Shown one piece after another: positions 1-10,700 of a stretch of 64,000 bases of DNA. Within the stretch, counting starts at the first letter, position 1. Every line of letters starts with the position of its first letter. Made by a program: the position numbers and the translations under genes. The notes beneath the pieces are model-generated. The model worked only from the letters and a program-made list of their open reading frames with translations. It searched no databases and was not told the origin of the DNA. Source of the stretch: Gracilinanus agilis (lineage: Eukaryota); assembly GCF_016433145.1 (NCBI RefSeq), contig NC_058130.1:127906922-127970921 (forward strand). Reading direction: 5' to 3'.

Positions 1-379
1 CATACAAGTAATAGTTTCATACATGTTTCTTGAGTTGGAGGGTGGGAATGTGACATAAAAGAAAGAACATTCAATATACAGTTGGGAGTTCTGGTTCAGA
101 TACTGCCACTATGTGATTCTGGACAAGTCATTTAACTTTCCTGAACTGATTTCCTCATATATGAAATGATGGGGTTTGTCTAGATGATTCTTAGGTCTCT
201 TCTATCTCTGAGAGTCTATGTGATTATTACTATCTAGAGATACCTGAAAATAGCATGGGTGAATAACCTATTTCCACTTGATGCATGGTGAACCTTTATT
301 GCTTCTCAGTAATCCTCAGTCTTATCAAATCCCCAATTTATTCCTTAAAGTTATTGTTCTTAAACCTTTTCCTTTCTCC

Positions 380-941
380 TCAAGTGTCTCATCAAATTTG
401 TCACATTCACAACTGAGGACTTAGAACTCTACTTCACTAAAAATTGAGTGCCTCTACTTAGAAATCCTTGAACTCAATCCTTCTCTTTCTCTTCATCACC
501 ACCCATTTGCTTTTCCTTCCATCATATTCCAGAGGAAGAAAAGACCTCTTTACTCCTTGCTGAAGCTAATCCCCATATTTTTCCTGCTGATACTGTCTCA
601 ATTAAAACCTTGCTCCAGCAATCATTATATTTAATTATCTTTCATTATCTTTAATTCATTCTTCAGCACTGTTTACTTCCCTATCCATCTATAAATTTCC
701 AACGTTTCCAAAGCTTTTCCTTAACCATTGAACTCTATCCAGCTACCATATCTTCTCCCCTTCACTAAGACTTTTTGAATAAGTTTTCTATTTTCTATAC
801 CTAAGGTTTTCTATTCCCTGCTGTTTACTCATCTTTTTGCCTTCTGGTCTTCAGCCCCACCACCCTCTGAAACTCTTCTCTCAAGTATCACCAGTGACCT
901 CCTCATTCTTCTTTCTGCAGTACTCATCCTTCATCACTTCT
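380..941 (+). mobile_element. L2 LINE ORF2 relic, 5' part (split by the provirus)
   Basis: Pyrimidine-rich sequence resembling L2 RT (tctggtcttcagccccaccaccctctgaaactcttctctcaagtatcaccagtgacctcctc, similar to QSGFRPHHSTETAL..VTNDL). It continues collinearly after 6413. Left boundary approximate. Confidence 0.7.
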
Positions 942-1330
942 TGTTAGGATTCGAATGGGTGGCCACCAAAGGAACACACGAGGCAATGCAATCAAAGCAG
1001 GAGAAAACTTTATTGCCAGTGCTCACTGGGGGAACTCAGCAAGAGAATCCTGGAGTGGTGCATTTAGATGAGGGAAGATATACGTTTTAGGGGCCTGGAT
1101 ATGGGTACAGGTGTCATGGAACCAATAGTTACCAGACTCTACTTAGTGGGAGTATTGATATCTCCTGGTGCCTTAGAAACTTTGATGTTTGGAATTAGGG
1201 CTGCTCTGTTCAGCAAGGAGTGGTGCTGTTAGGCCATGAACTATGAGTTCCTGATAACTACTCTGCTCAACAGAGCATGGTGCTGTCAAGCTATGAGTTA
1301 TGAGTCCCTGGTTTCTGATTACACACTGCA
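942..1330 (-). repeat. 3' LTR (389 bp)
   Basis: Direct repeat of 6025-6413 with 19 substitutions. Starts tgttagg and ends ctgca. - strand AATAAA at 1009-1014. Confidence 0.97.
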
Positions 1331-1348
1331 TTCCCCCCTTTTCGTTTT
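1331..1348 (-). promoter_or_regulatory. Polypurine tract
   Basis: - strand aaaacgaaaaggggggaa lies directly before the TG of the 3' LTR. Confidence 0.9.
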
Positions 1349-1350
1349 AC

Positions 1351-3325
1351 TCAATGAGGACTCTTCCTCAAAGCTATGCGCTCACTTGGATCTGGGATAG
1401 TAGCTAGGGGTTGGTACTGCAGCTGCATGACCATAAGCTGAACCGTGTTTACCCGGTCCTTGATGAACCGGACCAAACGGTTGAGAATGCAGGGGCCAAG
1501 AGTTAACAACAGGAGGATAATCAAGAGGTGCCCTAGTATAGTAGAAATGAGGGTTGTGAGTCAGGGTGACCGATTGAACAGTTGCTGGTACCAAGGGGTA
1601 GAAGAGTGGAAGTATCTAGGCTGCGTTTGAGCTCCTCCAGGGATTCCCTCACCACCCCAGTGTGGTCAGTATAAAAACAACATTCTTCCTTAAGGACCAC
1701 ACAGAGGCCCCCTTCCTTCAGGAAAAGGAGGTCGAGGCCTCACCGGTTTTGCAAGACCACCTCAGAAAGAGAAGTGAGGGACTGCTCTAAGGCTTGAATA
1801 GATTTCTCGATCCTCCGCAAATCCTCATCTATTGCACTCTGGAGGGCCCGAAGATCCGTCTGGTGTGTCACCAGAGCTGCTATCCCCGTGCCAAACCCAG
1901 CCAATCCAAAAATGGTGGCAAGTGTGATGGCAGTAATGGGTTCCCGTTGGGGCTTGCTGTGAGCTTTCTGAGACCAAAAACCCAGGAACTGCTCCCTTAG
2001 GTGGTATATGACTCTGGGGAAAAGCATAACCAGGATGTAGATTTCCTTGTTATGGAGCAAGGTGGAAGCTGCCACGCAGGGGGTCAGGCCTGAGACTGTG
2101 CAAGCCCATCGGGCCCCCACAGGAGGAAGCTTTAATGGCTTTAATTAAAATACTAATTTATATTATTATCACAGCCTTTATCATTTTTCATATTTATAGT
2201 ACCAAGTGGGGGGTCCTGATGTCTGGGCCTGACTGTTACCTTGAGGGGAGATGCAGTGAGGCATTGAGGAAATAAGGGTGGAATTGCCAATGCACCTACC
2301 CTGCCCAGAAAGAGACTGAAGAGTTCAGCTGACTTTTTGGTCCACCCAATTGCAAGTGTCAGGGCTGACCGCAATGGAAGTATTGTAAGTGGAATTAAGG
2401 GCTATAGCATCATAATAGGATGGGCATCCAAACAAAGCCAACAAGTGGCCATCATATTAGGAAATGTCTGGTTCAGGGTTGCATATGCAGCATTCAGGAG
2501 AGGCCACAATGATATTTGGCTCTCAACGGGGGTAGGAAGGGGGAGTGCTGGGGCAACCTGGACAGGTAATGGGGAATGGGGAATAAGGAGCTTAGGTGAA
2601 GGCTTGGTAACCTCAGCAGCTGTGGGCCAGGCCGGTTTAACCGGTTTCTGGAATGGTTTTAAGACCGAGTTTGGCCCGACCACTAGTGAAGGGGGGTGAG
2701 GGGTTCTTTCCTAATCAGGATGAGTCCTCCTGGGTCAGAGCCCAACATATACGCCCTGAGGCCCCAAGTTTTTCCCAGGACCCAAGACTGATCCTGAGGA
2801 TGGAGGACAGTGAGGTTAAGAAACTTGCAGGTCCCCGCCACTTCTACAATGACTATGTGGCCAGCTCCTGTGCTCCAGGGAACCAAGCTCCGAGGTTCAC
2901 AGCCCGGTGGAGACCACATCAAAAGCAGGGAGCCATCCTGAATAGTCGTCTCCCACCCGGTGGGCTAAGGTCTCACAGCCCCAATAACCACAATAAAAGT
3001 GATTAGGATAGTTACAATAGGGCCGACCTGGGGCCGAGGCGGGGCAAAGATACCAATCAAAGAGTACAAAGGGCTTGATGCCAGGCCCATCACACATGGA
3101 GGTGAGAACCTGGCAAGGAGTGAAAAGGAAACTAGGTGCACCAGGGATAATGATAGAAGAAACAACATCTGAAGTATCCCCACTACTAAGGGACCATTTC
3201 CAAAGTTGGTGGGGGTTATGGAAAGAACTTCGAAAGGATTGGTGCCCCACACAAGGCCAGAGGGTGAGGGGGAAGGTGAGAGAAAAGACCATGGTGCCAG
3301 CGAGGGAAAACATGGGGAGATTCAT
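1351..3325 (-). pseudogene. env: Gammaretroviral env (SU+TM), disrupted
   Basis: Signal peptide, NPHQ, FYCGYWGCET, KTWGLRAY, proline-rich region, CWLC, KPQR/EPI cleavage site and fusion peptide, [22 protein letters not shown]6CC, TM anchor and cytoplasmic tail. It has several frameshifts (about 2950, 2695, 2415), in-frame stops and an AT-rich insert. Confidence 0.95.
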
Positions 3326-3330
3326 GGGGG

Positions 3331-4047
3331 CTAAGTAGAGTTCAGGGGCTTATATCGTGACAGCTGGAGTTTCAAGGGATTGTCCGGACAGCTGTGGGCG
3401 ATCCAGGTGTCGGGCTCAGGGTCCGGAGGTTCTGCTGGTCACATGTGGGAATGGTAAACCCAAGGACCAATCCCGTCAACCTTGAGGGCTGAAGGGGTCA
3501 CAAAAAGGACGACAAATGGCCCCTTCCAGCGAGGTTGGAGGACCTGCTTCTGGTGTCTCTTGACCCAGACCCAGTCTACAGGCTTATAGGGGTGAGGATT
3601 ATGTGAGGGAGGCTGGACCCGGGCTTGCAGGCGAGGCCAGAGGTCCTGCTGCAGCTGAGAAAGAAAAAGAACAAAATCACACAATTGAGGGGCTCAGTTA
3701 TCATCCGGGAAGGAGAAAGAAGAGAGAATGGGGGACAGAGAACCATACAACACTTCATAAGGAGATAGAGACAAGGGGCCCTGTGTATTCCAGGCTTTAA
3801 ACAAAGCCACGGGTAGGAGCATCACCCAATTACCGCCAGACGCAAGGACCATTTTAGTCAAGGTCTCTTTTTAGGGTCCGATTCACATGTTCTACCTGTC
3901 CTGAACTCTGGGGGTTATACTCACAGTGAAACTTCCACGTGACCCCCACGGACTTAGCCAGGGACTGAATGACCTTAGACACAAAGGCAGGCCCATTATC
4001 CGACCCTAGAGAGGCAGGCATTCCAAATCTAGGAATAATCTCTAGCA
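3331..4047 (-). pseudogene. pol: pol fragment: integrase core and C-terminal domain only
   Basis: [25 protein letters not shown]...[28 protein letters not shown] and WVWVKRHQKQVLQPRWKGPF...ALKVDGIGPWVYHSH, ending DNPLKLQLSRYKPLNST* (TAG 3331-3333). PR, RT, RNase H and the IN N-terminus are absent. Confidence 0.93.
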
Positions 4048-5256
4048 GGGGCCTTGGGATCCAAGGGGGAATAGATCCTGAATGCCTCCTTGAGGTGCTC
4101 TAGGAACACCGCCAGAGTTTCCTCGGGGCCCTGCCGCATGGATTCAATTTTAGCCAAATTAGTGGGATTAGGAGCTATTGCTCTGAGCCCGGCCAAGAGA
4201 GTCTGGCGGTAGGTTCAAAGATGCTCCCTACCTTCATCAGCTGAGAAGTCCCAGTCAGGGTGGTTGACAGGAAAGATGGCAGCAAGGCAGGTAGGGTCTG
4301 CGGTGGGCCCACTGTCATCGCCAAGGACTAATTTACGTCTTTCGGCGTAGATGTGGTCACGCTCCTCCAAAGTAAACAGGGTACAGAGGAGCTGCTGGCA
4401 ATTGTCCCAAGTTGGACCGTGGGTCAAAAAAACGGATTCTACCAAGTCAATGAGATTCTGTGGTTGCTCCGAAAAAGGTGGGTTTTGGTGCTTCCAGTTA
4501 TGAAGATGACTTGAGGTAAAGGGCTGGTACTGATGAATTAGGGGACCCCCAGGGACCATTGAGTCAACTGTGCGTACTGGGAGGGTGGTGGTAGATGAGG
4601 GGGCATTGGGGCCAAGGGCACGGTGGTCCCGTTGACCCCAGCCCCGAGTGTGGTGAGCAGGGGGAGAGAGGAAGTCTTCTGGAGGGGCTGCCAGCATCAC
4701 TTAATTGCCCACATCCTGTGGAGGCAGTGGCAGTGGGGAGGGTGGGGGGAGAGGGAGGATAAAGGGTGGGTGGAAACTCTGGAGCATAAGGTGGAGGAGA
4801 CATAGGAGGATCTGGAGGGGGGTCATCTGGGGCAGGCAGAACCGGGGGCTTGGGTGAAGCTGAAACCTTATCTGGACTGGAGCTGGGTTTTGGGGGCTGG
4901 GCGACCAGAACCTGAGAGGGAGTGGTTGTTTCCTTGCTTACATTAGACACCTCCATAACTGGACGAAGCCAGGATGATGGGTCCAAGGCTAAATCCTGCC
5001 AGGTTAAAATATACGGCATCTGGTCAGGATGCCCTTCCAGGCCAGGGAGTAGAACACGGCCCCGAACGGCAGAGAAAATAGACTTCTGCCATGTCCCACC
5101 CTGGGGCCACCCAACCCCAAAGGTAGGCCACTCCAAATTACAAAAAGTCTGTAATTTCCCCTTTTTCACTGTCAATCCTAAAGCATGGGCACAGATTTTG
5201 AAATCAGAATAATGACTTAGGACCAAGTCCAGGGGCGTCGACTGGCTCTGGCCCAT
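4048..5256 (-). pseudogene. gag: gag (MA-p12-CA), frameshifted and 3'-truncated
   Basis: MGQSQSTPL (ATG at 5256), EWPTFGVGWP, PPPY late domain, [41 protein letters not shown] then [10 protein letters not shown]. Frameshifts near 4660 and 4090, stop at 4215, NC missing. Confidence 0.95.
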
Positions 5257-6004
5257 ATTTAACCAGTCATAGAGGTATACACAAAGGACAACACAAAAGA
5301 CAGACAAGATGATAGACAAAAGATGCTTTTTGTGGACCCACACAAGGTTTGGGTCGGGGATAGAGCCCGCTCAGGGCTCCACCCTGATTTCCCTGGCGTC
5401 CTCCTAAAAAAGACCCAGTTCCCTTACTTCCGCCCGCAATGCTTTTACCACGGGACTTCCCGGAACCTAGTTCCACCAGGGACTTGAACCCCAGATTTCC
5501 AGAACTTAGTTCCACCAGGGAATCAAACCCTGGCTTCCCCCACCCCAGGACCTTTTCTAAGGTTACCAGAGGACCTCCAACCCCTTGAAGTTACGTATCC
5601 TGTATTCCTGACTCCAAGATTTCCAATGACTTCCTTCCCTCCCTTTATTCCCAACTCACTTCCCAGTTTTCCCAACCTGGCTCCTCTCGGAGGACAGGAA
5701 ATGTGGCATAAACCCATCCCACTCAGAAACAGGTAGAAATTTGGACACAGAGCCATGGGACGTCGTCCTTCACCCCAGAATGGGATGGGCCTCGGCGCTT
5801 AGCATAGGACATCTCCATATAATCCATGGAGCCCAGAATCTGCCATCCACTTAGTCATATGCTTAGTGAGAGTTCTCTTTTCCCCATCAACCACACATGC
5901 CACACATCATTCACACAAACATGCACTGCTCACCTCTGGAAGTCGTCACAAAACCTAGGAGAGAGCTTTCTCTGTCTCAGCAGTCCTCAGGGGGGTTGCA
6001 CACC

Positions 6005-6022
6005 ATCCCAGACCAGCCTCCA
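6005..6022 (-). promoter_or_regulatory. Primer binding site, tRNA-Pro-like
   Basis: - strand tggaggctggtctgggat, 2 nt after the 5' LTR. Matches the MLV tRNA-Pro PBS TGGGGGCTCGTCCGGGAT at 15/18. Confidence 0.85.
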
Positions 6023-6024
6023 TA

Positions 6025-6413
6025 TGTTAGGGTTCGAATGGATGGCCACCAAAGGAACACACGAGGCAATGCAATCAAAGCAGGAGAAAACTTTATTGCC
6101 AGTGCTCACTGGGGGAACTCAGCAAGAGAATCCTGGAGTGGTGCATTTAGATGAGGAAAGATATACATTTTAGGGGCCTGGATATGGGTACAGGTGTCAT
6201 GGAACCAATAGTTACCAGACTCTACTTAGTGGGAGTATTGATCTCTCCTGGTGCCTTAGAAACTTTGATGTTTGGGGTTAGGGCTGCTCTGTTCAGCAAG
6301 GAGTGGTGCTGTCAGGCTATGAACTATGAGCTCCTGATAACCACCCTGCTCGACAGAGCATGGTGCTGTCAAGCTATGAGTTACAAGCCCCTGGTTTATG
6401 ATTACGCACTACA
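6025..6413 (-). repeat. 5' LTR (389 bp)
   Basis: Direct repeat of 942-1330. U3 contains an imperfect internal repeat (tggtgctgtca(g/a)gctatga). Confidence 0.97.
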
Positions 6414-7105
6414 TTGGCACTTTTCACATGGTTATCCTTGGGCTGAAAACACTCTTTGTCCATTGCTTCAGTCACCATTTTCCCCTGATCATCCTCTCAT
6501 CTCTTTAATTGTTCTTTTTTCTCTCCCCTTCTCTGGTACCTTATCTTCTTCTGTACCCCTTAAGCTGAGTCCTACCCAGAGATTTGTCTCTTCTCAGACT
6601 CTCTTTGTACCCTACCCTTTGGCATTCATATTAATTGCCAGGGCTTCTATGACCTATATGGATGATTTTCAAATCTGTGGCTCTAGCCATGACTTTTAAT
6701 TTGACCTCCAGACTTTCAGACATCCTCAATTCATTACAGCACATCTATATCTGAATGTCCATTGGCTCAAGATTGAGCTTCCTTTATTTTCCCTTAAACC
6801 TTCTCCTGTTTCCAATTTTTTCCTTTCTGTCAATTGCACTGTCAGTGGACTCAATTCAGTAAACATTTATCTCTTCCCTTCACTTCAACAAGCACCATTC
6901 TCTCCAGCTCCTACCTCTGAAACTGTGTTGTTACTTTTGACTCTGTGTCATGTATCTCTACTGTGAGCATGTTCCGAGGGGGCAAAGACTCTGCTTAACA
7001 CACTAATCAATCAGCATTACGATGCACTTATTAAGCACTTACTATACACCAAATACTATGTTGTATTGCCCATAGTAGACATTGTGAAAGTTGTTGAATG
7101 AATAA
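6414..7105 (+). mobile_element. L2 LINE relic, 3' continuation
   Basis: Resumes L2-like sequence after the provirus and runs to an L2-type tail (gttgttgaatgaataa). Right boundary approximate. Confidence 0.65.
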
Positions 7106-7381
7106 TGTTAAGATCCTGTATGGTAAAACATTGCTATTACGTATTTACAAAAATTCCTACCCATCTTTTAAAGCCCAATTGAAGGGCCTCCTCCACCATG
7201 TCAGTTAGCACAATTGGACAGCCCTTCTCCTTTGGAATGTTGTTTATTAAAGTTTTCACTTGCTAAACTGTAGTCTCCAGGAGGTAAGCGGCTGCCTTCT
7301 TTCATTTTTGTGTCTTCCCCAGCACAGCACAGTCCTCTGCACACAGTGTGTGACTAGCATTTATCTAATTAAATTGACATA

Positions 7382-7775
7382 TAGTGATCCCTCACCCATT
7401 GTGGGAATTATATTCCAGAGATCCCTGCAATAGGTAAAAATTCACGAAGTAGTGGCATTATATTTATTTTATTATTTATATATGTTAAGGCTTTATAAAC
7501 CTTTCCCACTCTCCTATAAACCTTTCCCACACTCTTATAAACACTGTACCAATCAGCACTCAGGATACAGAATGCAGCGCTATGGTTGGTTGCCTTTCAG
7601 CCAATAGTGTGCCATGTATGATCTCACCTTGGCGAACTTGTGCAAATGGTAGTGGCATTGTGTACATCTTTTGATGTAGTGAAAACTCCGCAATACAGAA
7701 TTAGATTTCTTTTTAAAAAGCCCACGATACAGTGAAGCTGTCATCAGTGAACCGTGATATAGTGAGGGACAACTC
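7382..7775. mobile_element. Tc1/mariner (Tigger-like) MITE
   Basis: Imperfect TIRs (tagtgatccctcac... / ...gtgagggacaactc) with TA at or next to both ends. Confidence 0.65.
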
Positions 7776-10700
7776 TAGTAGCCCTAAAAAGCTTCCATGT
7801 CCCATATGTTCTCAAATGAAAACTAATTTCTTTCCCTTAGTAACAATCCTAATGTGAACTTAATATTTTACTTTCATGGTGTTGGCTATTACTAAAGCTT
7901 CCATCTATGACCCCACTTAGCTGGCTTTTCAAAGGAATTTTTTGTACAGTTTTGGTTTTATTTCTGATAAAGGATAAGGAAAAAAAAGACAATTAAAAAA
8001 GCTACCGTTCCCATCTCTGAGCAGTTCTACTTTCTTAGCCCCAGAAGTGCTCACTGCTAAATAGGGTTCTCCTTTTGTACAGCTTTTGCCAAATATTGCA
8101 AAGCATTCTTCCAGCAACTTTGTTCACATATGATCTGGTTGTACATAATTTGGCTGAGCCGATTAGCTATTCTTTTTTGACTAGAAGTACTTCGCAGGGA
8201 TCAAGCATTTGGAGATTTCACAAGACTAAAACATAATTTTTATAGTCATCAATATTTTCAGGGAAATTTAGTTTAAATATTTGGATTCACTTACACTAAA
8301 ATAGTAATGATGTTGTTGCACGAGAATTATTTCATTGCCAAGTACTTGGTGACATCTTTGAAAAATAAACCATGAAAAACTAGAAAGACCTTTCCTACCC
8401 ATATAGACAAAGGAAAGCATACTTAAGTCCATAAATAACAGAGTTGCCTTTGTAACTTCTGAACCATCAAATTCCAATCATGTCATATGTTATATGTAAC
8501 CCTAACCTCATCAGTATGAGCATTCTATCTATTGGAATAATAATAACAAAAATAAAAATTACCACAATAACAGTGTCATCATTGATCATTGTTTCACCCC
8601 ATGCCTGACTCTGTAACTCCATTTGGGGTTTTCTTGGCCAAGATATTAGGATGATTTGCCATTTCCTTCTCCAGTTCACTTTACAGATGGGAAAACTGAG
8701 GCAAAAAGGGTTAAGTGGCTTGCCCTGGGTCACACATCTAGTAAGTGTCTAATAAGATGAGTCTTCCTGACTCCAGGCCCGGTACTTTATCCGCTGTGCC
8801 CCCTCTATTGAAAGATGACTACATTTGAAGCCATGGACTCTAAACATCCAGGTGTACTTTATGCCTACTCATGCCTACCATTTCTCTTTCCATTGCCTTT
8901 GGTTTACTTATAATTTTTATTCTTCTGACATGAAGGTCTGCTATTTGCAGCTGTTAGTCAACTAATAGTTATTAAATCATATCATATGCCAGGCAATTAT
9001 AATTATATTAAGCAGGGAAGAGGAAAGAAAGCCCTTGAACATTTGCAATCAGGTCAACTTTCTACTATGTCTCTAGATCCTAAGGGAAGAGCATAAATGC
9101 AAGAATTGCCCTTTCATTGTGACAGGACATATGAGGTACCTGGTGAGAGACATTTGTTAAATGGCCCTCTGGTAGGGGCAGCTAGTTATCAAAATGAATA
9201 AAACACCAGACCTGGAGTTAGGAGGAGCTGGGTTCAAATTTGACCTCAGAAACTTCCTAGTTATATGACCCTAGGCAAATCACTAAACCTTTATTGCCTA
9301 GCCCTTGGTTCCTATCTTAGAACTGATAGTAAAACAGATGTTTTTAAAAATTACCTCTGTTATTATCAAAATAATTCATATTTCTGAAGTGCCTTAAAGT
9401 TTGTAAGATCTTGCAGTCACAACAAACCTATAAAGTTAATAGTACAACTTTTATTATCCCCACTTTACAAATGAGGAAACTGATTGCACAAAGAGGTTTA
9501 TGATTTGCCCAATAAGTGGTGGAGCTGCCAATTCGAACTTAGGTCTTATGACTACAAAAGCTCATTCTGCTAGCTTCACCGACTTAGCAAATGCATATAT
9601 CTATCTGCCAAAGACTATGCACTTATATCCAGTAAATACATTTATGTAAGCATGCGTGTGACATTTATAAATATATGCTAAGTATATTTATAAAGTAGCA
9701 ACAAGGCATAGTAATTAGAGAATTGGCCTTGGAGTCAGAAAGACCTGGTTTCAAGTCCTACCTTTGACTTTACAATGGGTATATTGGCCTCTCTCAGTGT
9801 TCCATACAACACTTGCAGAGAAAGTATTGATTTGCAATGGTAAATCTAATTTCTTCACCTGGTGCTCTGAATCAAAAGAAAATGCATTTAAATGCAGATG
9901 CCCACTTCCATTTACATCCAAATGCTTGCTTGACAGTTTGGCCAAAATGTCCTTCTCCAACCTAGACAGATCCACCATCACCACCACCCCACCCCACCCC
10001 AAACCCCCACTCCCCGATCCCCTTCCCATGCAGGGGTGGGTTTCAGAAACAGGTACTTTGAGATGCTTTCAGAGACAAGAATTCTATCACTGAGTATTAC
10101 TAGAAAGGTTGATTACTTGGGACCATGCAGTGCTAGCTAATACAGTGGGATTGGCAGCATTTCGCTTAGAATGTTTTCTTCTTGTGACTTCCTTTTTATC
10201 ACTCTCAGAGATCTTATTGCTCTCAAGAAGTCTGGGCCCTGAAGAGGGCAGGGGAGGAGCCTTCTAACCTTCTCAAACTCTTTTCTTAGAAATAGCCTAA
10301 AGAAAAATAGAGAATTAAAATTAACAATTATTTTTATTATTATTATTATTAATTTGCTTTCCCTTTCTCTCCTCTCCTTTTTTTCCCCTCTCCGGTCTTT
10401 TTCCGGAGCTTCTATTGCTTCCTCCCCCCTTTATCTTCTTGTTGCCTATTCTTTTCTCCCTTCTTCCTTTTCTGCTTCTTTGTTTTTCCTCATTTCTCTG
10501 CTTCCCTTTCCTTCCCTCACCTCCCATGGCACTGTTCCTCTACCTTGAATAAATATTTAAGATATTAAGTAGATGCTTCCTAGTGCTTACATCACATCAA
10601 ACATTACCTTAGGTGTTATCATTATTGGCCTATTAACTCTTTTCCACCAATGGAGCTTAAAAACCTCTCCCTGTCATATGGTAATGAGTTAACCTTGGCT

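Larger units (their letters stand above)
942..6413 (-). mobile_element. Defective endogenous gammaretrovirus (class I ERV) provirus: LTR-PBS-gag-(deletion)-IN-env-PPT-LTR
   Basis: Paired 389-bp TG...CA LTRs, tRNA-Pro-like PBS, PPT, MLV-like MA/p12/CA, integrase core and gamma-type SU/TM, all on the - strand. Confidence 0.97.

Noticed and set aside
1351-3325. env as a domesticated syncytin-like gene
   Set aside because: Multiple frameshifts, stops in the ISD (CGA to TGA) and before the TM anchor, and a stop-containing insert. No intact full-length ORF.
2402-4700. Programmed frameshifts in gag/env
   Set aside because: The breaks are single-base indels, several in G/C runs (about 4660 and 2695). 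Decay or consensus error is more likely, and gammaretroviruses use read-through, not frameshifting. Raw reads would settle the sequencing-error question.
1445-5212. + strand ORFs over the provirus (e.g. 2337-2699, 2653-3006, 3075-3338)
   Set aside because: Shadows of GC-rich retroviral coding sequence. No recognisable homology.
942-6413. APOBEC-type G-to-A hypermutation
   Set aside because: LTR differences are bidirectional transitions and several stops are CpG-type CGA to TGA. No strand-biased signature by eye.
6151-6699. 182-aa + strand ORF
   Set aside because: Antisense read of the LTR running into L2. The left LTR copy has a stop in the same frame, and there are no protein motifs.
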